Source of the DNA: Lytechinus pictus
Lineage: Eukaryota
Assembly: GCF_037042905.1 (NCBI RefSeq)
Contig: NC_087250.1
Location: forward strand, 5,148,001-5,212,000
Length of the DNA stretch: 64,000 nt
Direction: 5' to 3'
The notes under the pieces were generated by a model. That model made no database searches. It was not told the origin of the DNA and worked only from the letters and a program-made list of their open reading frames with translations. Numbering within the stretch: the first letter of the stretch is position 1; the number at the start of each line of letters is the position of its first letter. Positions 25,206 through 38,077 of the stretch are shown here, piece by piece. The position numbers and the translations under genes are program-made.

Positions 25206-26703
25206 TTCACTTTCAGAGAAGCAATATTTATAGTTTTGTTCTTAAAAAGGAATCCAACCCAAATGATGAGTTGTCTTTAGAGGAAACGGCAAAATCAGAC
25301 AAATAGATAGGTGAAATTGTGAACAATATATGATAAACAATAAGAAAGTTATGAATTTTTTAAAGTTGTCCAAAGTTGTAATCACTACTATATACGTGGA
25401 GACTTCAAATTGTGATTTGAAGTGGGGACTTGTATTCTGGTTGCTCCAGTACACAAAATGGTTAAAATGTAAGATTTTTTTTTCTTCAAAAGTTTCACTT
25501 CAAATTATATGTGTAAATAATTGATTACTGCCCCATGTGAATTGGCACTTATGTGAAAATCTCTTATAATTTAGTAGAGTCTATGGGAAAAGTTGTCAGT
25601 ACCACTTGCTAGAATTTATCTACCCAGTTACCAAAAATGCAAGTGATCTCCTTTTTAAAACAGCCATAACTGTCTAATACCTTGTCCGATTTCTTTCAAA
25701 CTTTCACCATGCTATTTTTCTGATTTTTTTCCTCCTTGCAAACAAATTTATTGACAAAGGTTGGATTCTCACAGGGGTTGTCATATTTGATGCTTTTGCC
25801 TGCGTAGCCTGTATATGCAGACATCCAAAAGGTTGTTTCCGTGAATTCTGTGAAATCGCGGAAAATCACTGTCGTGTCCCTACATAATAGCGGGTATTAT
25901 CAACGAGATAAAGCCGTTTCCTCATTAAATAATTAGATATTGTTTTGTTAACAATACAACATTTTTTTTTTATTTGAAGAATTCAATTTCTTTATACTTT
26001 GATTCTGTAAGGCGATTCCCAATATCAAGTATGGAATGCTTGAAGTTGATATCATTGAATAGAATTAAATGAGAAAATGGCTTGCCATAATTCATTGACA
26101 AACATGCTAAGCTTAAACCTGTGACAGCCCTTTAACATTGGCTTGACATCCAGTAAATGATGTGCTATCTCCTATATTAATCTTATTCTTGGTCAATTTT
26201 TATCCTTCAGAAGCGTGAATGTCAGGTTCTTTATGAATTAAAAGTGTAATGAAATGTATTCAAAATACCTTTAACTCTCAGGATTATTTTGGAGTTTCAG
26301 AAATTCCTTCCAAATCAATTCTATTATTGTCTATTTCTTCTGTTCAATGTCTGTTCTGTTAAGTTATATATATTGTTGAAATCCAGATTTATTTAACTTT
26401 TTTTATGAATCTCATGAAAATCCATTTAGGCAGTGGAGATTCATGTCTTCTGGATCGTGACGTTAAAGGTCAATCCCAGACGTAAATAACCATATTTGAT
26501 TGATTTGATTTGTAAAAACTCGAATACAGGGTCATAAAGTTAATTTGATATTGATTCAACAATATTTCTCAAACAAATATCATGTCAAAACGCACGCATG
26601 CATATCAATTTCTTTTGACAATGGCAGCTGAGGACAAGTCAGCACAAAAACTGTTTCATACAAAATTAGTGAATGTGTTATTGCCTAAATTTCAATTGAT
26701 TAA

Positions 26704-27107
26704 TACCGTGTTTACACGCTGCATCAGCTTTTTTGTTGCGTGTAAACGTGATTAACTTGCATCGGCTCTCGGTGCAGAATCTGCAACTTTGCACCACCAA
26801 AGTAGTAGGTTCAGATGCAGAATCGGCTTTTTTTTTACACGTAAACAGAAAGCAAATCCTGCATCGGCAATTAGCGCGCATTTCATTTACTTTACCATTA
26901 TGACGTACTTGTAAGTGCACGGATCTAGCGTTGTCTTTATTATGACGTATATTGTTGGTGCGCCGATCATTTCAGGTTTTTGCCACGCGAGCCGATTCTG
27001 CACCACGAGCTGTGACAGCATGTAAACGCGGTTCAAGATGAACCAACAGCCGATTCTGCATCGGCTTTTGGTTCTGAACCAAAAGCCGATCACATGTAAA
27101 CACGGTA
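26704..27107. mobile_element. MITE with TIR TACCGTGTTTACA and TAA TSD
   Basis: TAA|TACCGTGTTTACA...TGTAAACACGGTA|TAA; internal GCAGAATCGGC repeats. Confidence 0.7.
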
Positions 27108-27422
27108 TAACAGAAAAGATTTCTTGGAAGGGTCAGGCCCCATTCCAACCCCCTTCCCTCCCTTCTGAATCAGTATTGCATAGGAAATGGTCGGATATCA
27201 AATTTAAATTCTGTGTATTGAAAGAGATATATTACTATTACAACATGTTAAACATGTGTAGTTATGAAATGAATACAATTAAATTCATGAAAGTTAAATA
27301 ATATATAACCATACTTGCTTTTGTGGTTTTATTGTGGTTATCATGCAGTAGTATATAGTGGCGTTCGCGAAGGGCAATTTGCCCCCAGAATGTCCAAAAT
27401 AGCACTCGTATGGTTAATATCT

Positions 27423-27696
27423 GGGCCCCGTCTTACAAAGAGTTACGATTGATCCAAACAACCGCAACTATGGAAAGCCAGCGACGTCAACATCCAGAAT
27501 ACATGTTTGTTCAAAATATTTTCTAGATACGATGTATATTCATACATTTATATTTTTCTTGAAAATTTGGTTTGCTTCTCTTTGTTTTCAAAGGACATTG
27601 TGCAAATGTCCTGAAGAAAAAACTATGAAATTGTTGGATTTCCATATACTTGAGGTTTTTATCGGATCAATCGTAACGCTTTGTAAGACGGGGCCC
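27423..27696. mobile_element. Harbinger-like MITE (GGGCCCCGTCTTACAAAG family)
   Basis: TIR GGGCCCCGTCTTACAAAG; other copies at about 33470-34041 (SINE-interrupted) and 38740-39003. Confidence 0.8.
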
Positions 27697-27856
27697 AGAT
27701 TGGTCTAACCCACGTTGTCTACTCTCTCTTTCATATCCTCAAACATGAATTGAACCTTTAGGGGTTGCTCTAACATCTCCCTGTACATCATGAATAATCA
27801 TCAAATTAATTAATTCAAATTTGATAACCCATTGGAGTGACTGATATCAGGGCTGT

Positions 27857-28150
27857 AGGTAAAAATGGCAGAGGTGAAAATGGCAGAAGTAAAAATGGCA
27901 GAGGTAATAATGGCAGAGGTTAAAATGGCAGAAGTGAAAATGGCAGAGGTAATAATGGCAGAGGTGAAAATGGCAGAAGTAAAAATGGCAGAGGTAATAA
28001 TGGCAGAGGTAAAAATGGCAGAGGTAAAAATGGCAGAGGTAAAAATGGCAGAGGTAATAATGGCAGAGGTAATATTGGCAGAGGTAAAATGGCAGGGGTT
28101 ATAATGGGAGAGGTAAAATGGCAGGGGTTATAATGGGAGAGGTAAAAATG
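27857..28150. repeat. 15-bp minisatellite (AAAATGGCAGAGGTA)n
   Basis: About 15 tandem units, producing the spurious MAEVK-repeat ORF. The flank 28116-28220 is inverted at 29254-29354. Confidence 0.9.
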
Positions 28151-29553
28151 ACAGCTCTAAGTAAAATATGGCCAGTCTTAAACTCCCATGCAATGAATTG
28201 CCAAAAAGCCCCCGCATGTACATACATTAAATAAGAAGTGCATGTCACGGTTAGGCATTTCATCATCATTATGTCTTCATCGGCCTAACAATGCTATTTA
28301 CAAATTCATTGGAGGTGTACCGTGAACGCTTTTAAAAAAGAAATCAAACGACAGATATTTTTTCACTCAATTTATCAGGAGGAAAATGAAACTGCACTAT
28401 TCTCATTCATCATTTTATAACATTCCTTTTTGTCTGGCTGGTTTTTTCATATCTAAAAGTTTTGCCAGGTTTACCGATGCAAAAATGAGGAAGAGTAGAC
28501 ATAAGAGAGGTGGAGAGACAGAGAGGGCAAGGGGGCGGGGAAAAGCATAGAGAACATAGCGGGGAAAGCTTAGACGTTGAAATTATAACGAATGATTGTG
28601 GTTAAATATTATGTCCTTATTTGTAATGTCGTCTGTACTATTCTTTTTAAATAATTGAATGACAATAAGCATGCGTTCCCAGGCTTGGCACTGAATATGT
28701 AACTGATTATGAAAATCAATAATAATCTTGTTTTGACTGGTAAACCAATTTGGGGTCGATCGAGGGAGACCGTCTGGTTCAGATTCTTTGCATAAAAGAA
28801 GACCCTGAAACTTTACCACTGCATCCAATATGATATAAACGCCTCGATGGTCATAACTCTTGGAATCGGAAGTACTGTTGGGTATTTTGTACACCATAAG
28901 CAGCACCCTCTTGGTAATTAGCTTGGTATGCTAAAATGTGGAGATTTGATCTCTGTTATTTTTCAAACAGAAGAAAAAACATTGTTTATTATCTAATTGT
29001 TATTATTTTTGTTGTACTTCTTTTTCTGACCTGAAAGAACTTCATTTAGTTGAAATAATTTTTGGTGTCATTTTCCCCCTTAACCAAATCTCCTTTTTTT
29101 TTCTCGGCTTTTTAACAACCAGCACCCCATTTTTCATTAAATTTTCAAAAGTAAGTGGTGCTCACTCAAGCGGAAATATTTTCGACAGTTATATCGTCAT
29201 TTGCTTAAATGGATCTGTACCAATGTTAACATGTGGAAAAATCTGCAGGATTTTACATGCGGGGGCTTTTTGACAATTCATTGCATGGGGGTTTAAGACC
29301 ATATTTACCTAGAGCTGTCATTTTTACCTCTCCCATTATAACCCCTGCCATTTTGCAAAGACTATCACAAAGAACTGCATGCATAATAGCCACGATTGTG
29401 TAACAGTGACGTTGTAATTGCAAACACACAAGTAAAGTTATAAAACTTATATTTCAAGCCTAGAACTGAGTTATTCAGTCGCGTGAACTATGAAGTGGCA
29501 TGTCTGAGGAATGACTGATTATGATTTGGACTGATTCGAAGCTTAGATGTTAA

Positions 29554-30137
29554 AGGGATGGTCCGGGCTGAAAGTATGTATAGCTTGATACATAGAGTAG
29601 AATTCACTGAGCAAAATGCCGACAATTTCATCAAAATCGGATAACAGATAATAAAGTTATTAAAGTTTAAAATTTAGCAATATTTTGTGAAAACAGTCGT
29701 CATGCATATTCATTAGGTGGGCTGATGTCACATCTCTACTTTCCGTTTTCTTATGTTATTACATAAAATCATAATTTTTTCATTATTTCATACTTGTGTG
29801 AATAATATGTCTCCCTTATAATGAAATAAGTTGCAGCAATAAATATCTAATGCACTAAATAAAATCAGTTGTCAATCCAATTTTTCTAGTTCTTGGAGGA
29901 AAAAATTTGAATAAACTTAATTTCATATAATAACATGCAAAAGAACAAGTGGAGATGTGACATCATAAGCCCACCTAATGAATATTCATGACGACTGTTT
30001 TCACAACATATTGCTAAACTTTAAAATTCAATAACTTTGTTATTTGTTATCCGATTTTGATGAAATTTTCGGCATTTTGCTCAGTGAATACTACTCTATT
30101 TATTAAGCTATACATACTTTCAGCCCGGATCATCCCT
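29554..30137. mobile_element. TTAA-flanked long-TIR MITE (Kolobok-like)
   Basis: TTAA|AGGGATGGTCCGGGCTGAAAGTATGTATAGC...CAGCCCGGATCATCCCT|TTAA with about 200-bp arms. Confidence 0.88.
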
Positions 30138-30319
30138 TTAAAGGTAACAGTCGGATAAAACAGGACATGAAGAATAAAACGTCCGACAAGTCCTTTCATG
30201 AAACGCTCCTCTGCCAATAGTGTGATAATCATTTTATTATTTCTGATGAACGTCAGTGCTATTGTAACCATCGTCATAATCAACATAATTATTGAAAGTA
30301 TCGTGATGCTCCTTGCACT

Positions 30320-31498
30320 TTAGAAATCATGTGGAAATCCGGTTGGCTCAAAGCAAGAACTTAATATATCATCACGGACAGAAGGATGCTCTGCTTCCTG
30401 GTGAAACTTTCGCAGCTTGTCTTCATCATCCAATAATTTCGAGACCAGTTTACACATATATGGTGGATACAGAACAACTGCTTCACCAAGTATTTTTACC
30501 GATCCATGTTTTTTCCATTCGAAGTATGAATTGTATAGGGCATCATTTGAATCTAAAAGATGAATATAATCGACCAATTCCTGGAAGCTTTTGAAATCTT
30601 GTAAATGTATGAACGAGTTTGGTGGCGCTACGCGCTCATAATCTTCCCGCGGTGGACCATACACGATGGGCACGACATCATTCAATAGAGCGTTAGACCA
30701 TAACTTCTCGGTGATGTAGTCCCGGCATTCGCTGCTCTCAAGAGACAGATAAAACTTGTGATTCTTGATTATGTTCGTGCATTCTTTAGAAAATCGATCG
30801 CAAGTCATGTTTCCGCAACGACCATACATGTCGACGCTTACGTGCTTCGCGAGCGTTTTCACAAATTCGTGGCGGCGCCAGGTTGTTCTTCCGCAATTGG
30901 TTGCCGCCCATGCCACCAAGGCACTTTTCTCCTTCGCCCAATTTCGACCTTCACCTGATGATATTTGTGGAAGAGTTTTATTGTAAAGTCCATACGGACT
31001 AAGAATCGTTGCCGTTGGCATATACGACATCGTGTAGTTATATAAACGATCAAGTTTAACTGGTGGCTCTGCATGTTTGGACGTATACCGAGGACTCTCT
31101 AAAGAATAAAACACCCATGCCTGATTCAGTGGGCGTCTCTTCTGCATCTCCGCCCAATCCCGACTCGAACCATGAAAGAACACGATTGCATCACTCTTCG
31201 CCATAGTCTCATAACTTCTGTCAAGAATATAACTAAGCCCACATTCTAGACCTGGGCATTCTGAATTTTTCGGAGTCCCGGGACTCCTTTTGCCCGCCCA
31301 CACCTGTACCTGACGGTAACAAGATAATCCCTTTTCCGACTGGCCACTTGCATTTCCATACATCGGAGATCTCACCCCATGGACTTCCGAGGAGAAACGG
31401 GCAATTGATCTAGCTGGTCCATCAGTTGACAAACATATTATGATGAGCGCTGCTAAGCAAAATGGTATTATGAGCCTACCATCCTTCCTCTTCATCAT
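30320..31498 (-). CDS. Alpha-1,3-fucosyltransferase (glycosyltransferase family 10), intronless CDS, 392 aa
   Basis: Short basic N-tail plus hydrophobic anchor (type II membrane); WVFYSLESP, VDMYGRC, KFYLSLESSECRDYITEKLWSNAL, VVPIVYGP, PPNSFIH and YNSYFEWK motifs. First ATG is at 31498; the ORF track starts at an upstream TTG. Confidence 0.93.
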   Translation of the reverse strand: MMKRKDGRLIIPFCLAALIIICLSTDGPARSIARFSSEVHGVRSPMYGNASGQSEKGLSCYRQVQVWAGKRSPGTPKNSECPGLECGLSYILDRSYETMAKSDAIVFFHGSSRDWAEMQKRRPLNQAWVFYSLESPRYTSKHAEPPVKLDRLYNYTMSYMPTATILSPYGLYNKTLPQISSGEGRNWAKEKSALVAWAATNCGRTTWRRHEFVKTLAKHVSVDMYGRCGNMTCDRFSKECTNIIKNHKFYLSLESSECRDYITEKLWSNALLNDVVPIVYGPPREDYERVAPPNSFIHLQDFKSFQELVDYIHLLDSNDALYNSYFEWKKHGSVKILGEAVVLYPPYMCKLVSKLLDDEDKLRKFHQEAEHPSVRDDILSSCFEPTGFPHDF

Positions 31499-31873
31499 TA
31501 TTTGATATTTCAAGAGGGACCGTAGCAAATCCGATGCATTGAGAGAGTGATATGAAGTGCAATGCAACTTCTCCAACAATATTCACTCTATCGCATTTCA
31601 CGCCCGATCGAGTACAACGAAGCATAATAAAATTGAATGAATTGCCATACCTTTAGGCCTATTCATGGAGGGTTCACCGTCGACCTGCCTGTGCTTATGC
31701 CTCCGTGTCCCTCCGTGCATGACCTTGGCCATTCGAATACAGAGCGTATAAAAAAACACACTTTGAAAAAAAAATCATAATTTAAACGGACATGTTTCAA
31801 CATCATAAAGCTTTTCCTGATGTATGTATTACTGGTATAGGGGGTACGAGTCTCTTTTTGTAGTTTAATGGCA

Positions 31874-33245
31874 TCATGGATCCCGATAACACCATCGACG
31901 ATCCGCTTGAGTGGGACACCACCATCTAGGCCTCGTTAGCCTATGTCATAAAACAGTTGGAAATGGTTATACACTTATGTAAGTAGACGTAAACTATATA
32001 AGAGCACTGACCGTAGTTGGTCAAGAAATTACAATCTGAAGATTGTAATTTCCTTTAAAAATATTTTCATTTGCCGAGCAAATTCCCTCCAGCCTCCATC
32101 CCTACTACCTACCCCAACACCGTCGCAATGAACCCTATGAATTGACGTCAGTGATCATGATTAACATTGTGATCCAGTCATTGGGAACAGTTGGGGATTT
32201 CTACCTCCTCACGAAAGACTACTGATCCAACAAGTTCAAAATTAAGGCACCTAGCATATTTGCCATGTTACCTATACTTCAAGAGTTGCAGCTAGCGATT
32301 CCAGAGATTATGATGTCGTCTATTATGACTCCCCTGGTGATATTCAGGCTATACGCCATCCAAGAGTATTGACCAATATGTGCCTGTAACTGCTGTTTAT
32401 AGTCGCTCGTCTGCTGTTTTGGTCGCATCGAGTGATCGAGTCAGAGTCATCGAACGATCAGGGGGATTCATAAATGGTAAAATGGAACGTCATCAGAGTC
32501 AGATGAGCCCCAAGATTCTTTGAGCGTCTGGCGTTGCACAAGTCAATATCTGATGTCTCACACGATTCCGAACCGATCTTCAATGGTCTTTGTGGTCTCT
32601 TATGGGCTCCAAGACTTCTTGGACCGGTTCGAATAGTCTTTCAGCAGTCTTCCAGGAAGTCGGACTTTTTGTGGTTTTTCAGTTGTCCTTCAGCGGTCTA
32701 TTGAACTTCCAAGGTCTTGTTTGGTCTTTCTATGACTATACAGTCTCTCCTTTTTTTGCGGAGATCACTGGAAGATCGCCTCATGGGAGATCCGTGACAG
32801 ACCAGGGGCCGTACTCACAAAGAGGTGTTGTAGGAGTTTATTTTGAAACCAATGTATTGAATGATTCTATTTCCTTTGATGTTACCTCACCTTTGATCTC
32901 ACCACTTTTACATTGACTCCTTTATTTATCTCGTGCTTTACATTATTATCTCATGCTTAACATTCCCTCTTCATTGCCATCATTTCATCTCTTGCTTTGC
33001 ATTCCTCATACAATACCTTTGCAATGTTCTTTTCTTCATGTTCATTCCATGGTTCAGTTGATTTACTCTGAATGGTTTAGCCTTTAGTAATAAGTCATGT
33101 TTATTCATAGAAGCTCATTTATATTCATTTGAAAGCCTTTTATATTCATGTACTTCTTTTTTATACAAATTATCTCATTTGAATATTTATTGTTAAACAA
33201 ATTATTCATGCAAATAACACCTGAGGTTGAGGTTGGTACACCACA
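31874..33245 (-). mobile_element. Possible solo LTR
   Basis: 4-bp direct repeat GGCA at 31870-31873 and 33246-33249; one canonical TG/CA end and one degenerate end; - strand TATAAA near 32396-32401; no coding capacity. Confidence 0.35.
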
Positions 33246-33254
33246 GGCAATCAA

Positions 33255-33410
33255 GGGGCCCGTTGCATAAAACTTTTTACCTGAGAAAACTCAGGTTGTT
33301 TTTACCGGAGTTGTTGCCCTGTGGTAAAGTCAATGGCAGAAATCAGACTGACCTTAATTTTCAGTTTTTACCAGAGTTTTCTCAGGTAAAAAGTTTTATG
33401 CAACAGGCCC
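33255..33410. mobile_element. Harbinger-like MITE
   Basis: About 40-bp TIR GGGCCCGTTGCATAAAACTTTTTACCTGAGAAAACTC. Confidence 0.75.
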
Positions 33411-33678
33411 AAGGAGTCAAGTCGTGTCTTAACTCTGTAAGGACATACCACGCCGTTATACTCGCCCAAAGCCACGCTACAAAGAGTTGCGATTCATCCG
33501 ATCAACCTCAACTATGGATGACCAGCAACGTCAACATCTTAATTCCAAATTTGTTCAGAATGTTTTCTAAATAATATGATGTATATTCATGTATCGTTCT
33601 CTTGGAGATTCAGAGTGCATTCTCTTGTATTTAGGCCTATATACTAAGGAGGTTGTGGACATTTCTTGTAGAAACACG

Positions 33679-33962
33679 TAGAGGTGTTGTGGCTCAGTGG
33701 ATAAGTCTCCGGACTGTAAACCACAAGGTCCGGGGTTCAAATCCCACCACAGCACTAGCGTCCTTTGGCAAGGCGTTTATCTACATTTGCCACTCTCGAC
33801 CCGGGTGTAGTAAATGGGTACCCGGTAGGAAGAAATTCCTTGAATGCTCGATGCGCCCGATCAGGGTAGCCGTGCTAAAGCCGGGGTAATAGTATGCAGC
33901 GCTTAGAAAAATTTGTATTAAGCGCTATATAAATGTTGCATATTATTATTATTATTATTATT
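33679..33962 (+). mobile_element. tRNA-derived SINE inserted in a Harbinger-like MITE
   Basis: A-box TGGCTCAGTGG, B-box GGTTCAAATCC, conserved body and (TAT)n tail. Confidence 0.88.
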
Positions 33963-36900
33963 AGAAAAAAAATAGTATGGATGGATTTCCATCCAGTTGA
34001 GATTGATTGGATCATTCGTAACTCTTTGTAAGACGGCGCCCTAAGGAAGTCCTTGGAAAGATTGACAAAACATTTTTTTTAAAGACCTCTTAAAAACCAA
34101 AATGGAAAACTTATAGGGGCGGATTCAGGATTTTCCAAAAGGGGGCACATTTTCCTGAAGAAAAATCCGGGGGGGGGGGGGCACATTTTGTATTCTAACG
34201 GCATTTTTACATTACAAATTTTAATTGTGCGGCCTCTAAAAACGGGGGGGGGGGGGGCACGAGCCAGCTGTGCCCCCGTGAATCCATCACTGGAAATACT
34301 TTTTTTTTCGTAATACGGTGCTATGCATAGGTCATCAAAACAGGAAAAAAGTGACATTTGATCAAGAAAGACATGAGGTACTCGTTTTAGGTACCTCTGA
34401 TATCACTTCAATTTGGCCCCAAATTTGGAAAATTCATCACAACTGCATAATTTTTTGATTTTTTTCCTAGACACCTATGCTGTCTTTGGTATATCGCTGG
34501 AGAGCCAGGGAAGTCTGTAATAGCCGAGAAAATTACTCAATACACGCATGATAGCCTTCCAATGGTTTAACTGATCATCCGACTATCATGTCTATATAAG
34601 CAAGCTTGCCTTCATACAAGGCCCTGTGTCTGTTAGGATATATATATCAATGCCAACCGACTGGAAAAAAAAAGAGTAGTCACGATCGAAAGGCCGGGTG
34701 AATGCGAGAGCTGCGAGCCCAGTCAATATCGCGCTCGCTCATTCTCTACGTCGGAGCTAGTCTCGTCTCAGCCACAGCTTGAACCCGGAGATTGACGAGG
34801 AATATAGCCAAGTAGCAAGGCCTTGTCAAAAGGCTAGAATGCAGTCACACAATGCCAAGTATGCGGTCTAATAATTGAGTATAGAATATGACTAATAATG
34901 GAATGTAATATGCCTATTGACCCTGTGTGCATGGTGTGTGCTTCACAAAGCTATTTGTAAATAAGTTACAAGCGATTTTTACGAACTACTGATGATCCTT
35001 TCTTGTGGTAAGTAATATGCACCAATTTTTCATTGATGTAGACTTAGCGCATGAGAAAGCTATCTGAAGCTATCTTTCTTCTTTACGGTGGTGGAGGGGT
35101 TGGTCCAAGCTAGCCTTTCCTGTAGAAAAATGCTTGAGCAAATTCGGACCATTTTTGTCAGGGGTTCAAAAAAGGGTTGCGCCAAATGGCAGAAAATGAG
35201 AAAAATTGGTAATCAGCAGACGTTCTCTGAACGCTTTCATTATCTTTGCCATCATTTTTAAATTGTGCTTTCAAAATCTATTTATAAAAACCTAATTTAT
35301 TTGATTTGATTTGTATTTATATATGTTATCTTTCAGCATTGAATATTCCTTCATAAGTAAGAAAAAACTTTGCTGTCAACCCAAAAGCAAGGAGATTGTA
35401 ACTTTTTCAAATCCTTTTATTATGCGAAACAAAAAATATCAGTGAATATGGTGCCTTTGAAAGACATTTATAAATCATATTGTCAACATGGGCAAGGGGA
35501 TATTGTTTCCTTGAACAAGTTAAATGTTGTGCTTGGCAGGGCATTGGGAACAATTTTTGAATAGGGGTTATGGTTTAAAATTGACAGGCAAAACATGAGT
35601 TTTCACCAAGAAATTACGCTCTTTTTTATTCAGAGAAATTTGACAAGCAAGCAAAGAAAAAAAAAAAGGGGGGGGGGGGTTGGTACAAAATTAAGGTAAG
35701 TTCATTTCAAAATTGCCTATCTAACATACGCAACAGTTTTCCAGGGGATGCTGCCTGCATTGAATAATACACGCATCACCCCAACACCCCCGTTTCTCAG
35801 GGCCATAATAATGCTTGACAGGGGAATATTAATTCTCCCACTTAAGTCCTATCTCACCCCCTATTCTCCGGACTCCCATGACCACATTGCTGAGATCCAC
35901 GTGATAATGTTGAAATGCTGCCCAAAAAAGTGTAATTTGTATTCACTCATGCATTAAAGTTTAATTTAATAATTTATGAAACTTGCTTAAACAACCAAAA
36001 CTGGTCACGGTTGTTCATTAATTTATCACAAAGCCATTAACTTTGCAAGTTCCAAAGGATTTGCCTCTCAAAAACGGACAGAAATTGGAAGGCTAATTCC
36101 AGCCCAGCCTAATTTTCATACCCTTTGTTTCAGTGGGCAGTGCTCGCTCAAGCATAAATAGTTTTCCAATTTATTGGTGTCATTTGAAAGTTTACTATAT
36201 TGGCTTCCATGATATGTAAGTTTTTTCCCCCAAAGTGATATATTTTTTTATTTGGCAGCCATTTCAAAAGTATATAGTTTTTTGGGGACGCACTGTATTT
36301 TTGATATTTTTTATATTCCGACTTGAAAATCGGAAATTCTAAGCACTTCATTTAAATATGAACAGGGTGGATATGCCTAAACAGCTATATGTGAGCACGA
36401 GGCGCCAGCTGAAATATTTGAAATTCCGGCCTAAGAACTGGACAGTATAAGCACTTTTGGTAACTGCGAACAAATTGGTTTCTGACTAATTAATTGACGC
36501 GAGCGCGAAGTGCGTGCTGAAAATTTTTGATATTTCAACCTGAAAACTAGACATTTATTTTAGGTATCCAACTGAAAAATTGATGCGAGCTCGTATCGCG
36601 AGCGAATTTTTTATTGTTATAATTATATTACCTAAAAGTTGTTCTCTACATTGGTCCTGTCCCTGGTCAGCCCAGTCCGTCCTCACTATCGGTACAGAGC
36701 GCTCTGAAAAGTCGCAATGCGTAAAAATCACAATTTACCGATAAAAGTGTACAGTTTTATGACATTTACCGACAAAGATGGTGGAAGTAAAAAACCGAAT
36801 CAGCTGGAACAGCCCCGTGTGTCCGACAGTTTATCATTTTTCCGACAGTCTGCAGTCCAGTTTTTGTTTTCCCTTTCTCTTAAACTCTTTCTTCCTTTTT

Positions 36901-37849
36901 CCCCTTCCCCCTTTTTTCTCTCTTTCCTTTTTCCTCTTTTCTTTCCCCTTTTTCGCTTCCTTTTTTTTCTTTTTGCTTGTGACTCGTCGGGGGGGGGGGG
37001 GGGCAGTCTGCCCCCTGCCCCACCCTTAGGTACGCTAGTGCTGCCGTAGAGCCGTAGAGCAAATGTGGCCGAGGTATCATTAATAGTAAACAAACTCGAC
37101 TGTGCTTCACAAGTTAACGCAAACTCTCAAATAAGGGCCACAGAGATTGGAATTGGAAATTTTCTATATGATAATAGTCAGAAATTATGTATAAGACGTG
37201 CAGTACACAATAAAAAGTTCCACAAAATACTTTTTTTTTTTTTTTTTCGTTTTCGTTTATTTCTTTTGGTCAAGTAAAAAGTGACTCTAAAACAAGGTAC
37301 TTAGACATAAGTACTAACGAAATATTATTTCAGTATTTTACTATTTCGAACCCGAGTTTGCCATTTTTTATTTAAGGGTGTGACCATGATCATTCCAAAT
37401 GCAAAAAGGATGAACAAAAAAGGTGCCGTGACCGAGGGTCGAAGGCGCCTGGCTATACATGGAAAGTCCGGGGTTCGATCCCCGGCTGCGGCACCTATGC
37501 CCGTGAGCGACACTTTTAATCTACAATGATCTTTTTATCCTGCTTTCAAATAAATGGAAATGCTATATGCATTATTGGTAACTAGGTGTGCAATTGTTAA
37601 AAAAAAACATGTTCGAGATTTCAATGAAAATGGTAGCTCTGAGATTAAAGAGCAGCCAACGTGAAAAAGAAAACCAATCTCAAAGATGGGACGATTTTTT
37701 TTTCTTCTTAGTTTGCCATATTCTGTTGCCATATTCTCTGTTAAGTTTATGCGAAAATTTGTTGATGTGTATGTGGAATTTTTGACGGTTTTCTTAAATT
37801 TTCTGTAATAATAATATGTCCATTTATATAGGGCAGTTACTATGTGCAT

Positions 37850-38077
37850 ATACTCAACTGCACTTTGATACTTGGTATCATATAATTACCCCGGCTGTAG
37901 CTGAGCCGCCATATCATATGGCTAAAGCGCTCAAGGAATAAATCCTACCGGGTACCCATTTACCTCACCTGGGTCGAGTGCAGCACAATGTGGATAAACT
38001 TCTTGCCGAAGGAAATTACGCCATGGCTGGGATTCGAACCCACGACCCTCTGTTTCATAGTCCGGAGACTAATCCAC
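37850..38077 (-). mobile_element. tRNA-derived SINE
   Basis: Near-identical to 11945-12185; 5' end truncated. Confidence 0.8.

Noticed and set aside
27865..28104. ORF encoding (MAEVK)n
   Set aside because: Translation of a 15-bp minisatellite; no splice or homology support.
31499..31579. 27-aa N-terminal extension of the fucosyltransferase in the ORF track
   Set aside because: It starts at TTG; the first ATG at 31498 gives the expected short tail plus membrane anchor.
33679..33752. tRNA-like sequences here and near 12110-12180, 21925-21990, 37422-37495, 48296-48365 and 55090-55153
   Set aside because: A/B boxes are present, but they run into SINE bodies or are degenerate, so they are SINE heads rather than tRNA genes.
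36717..37110. Overlapping Phe/Leu-rich and Lys/Arg-rich ORFs
   Set aside because: A pyrimidine-rich and poly-G low-complexity tract typical of MITE subterminal regions.
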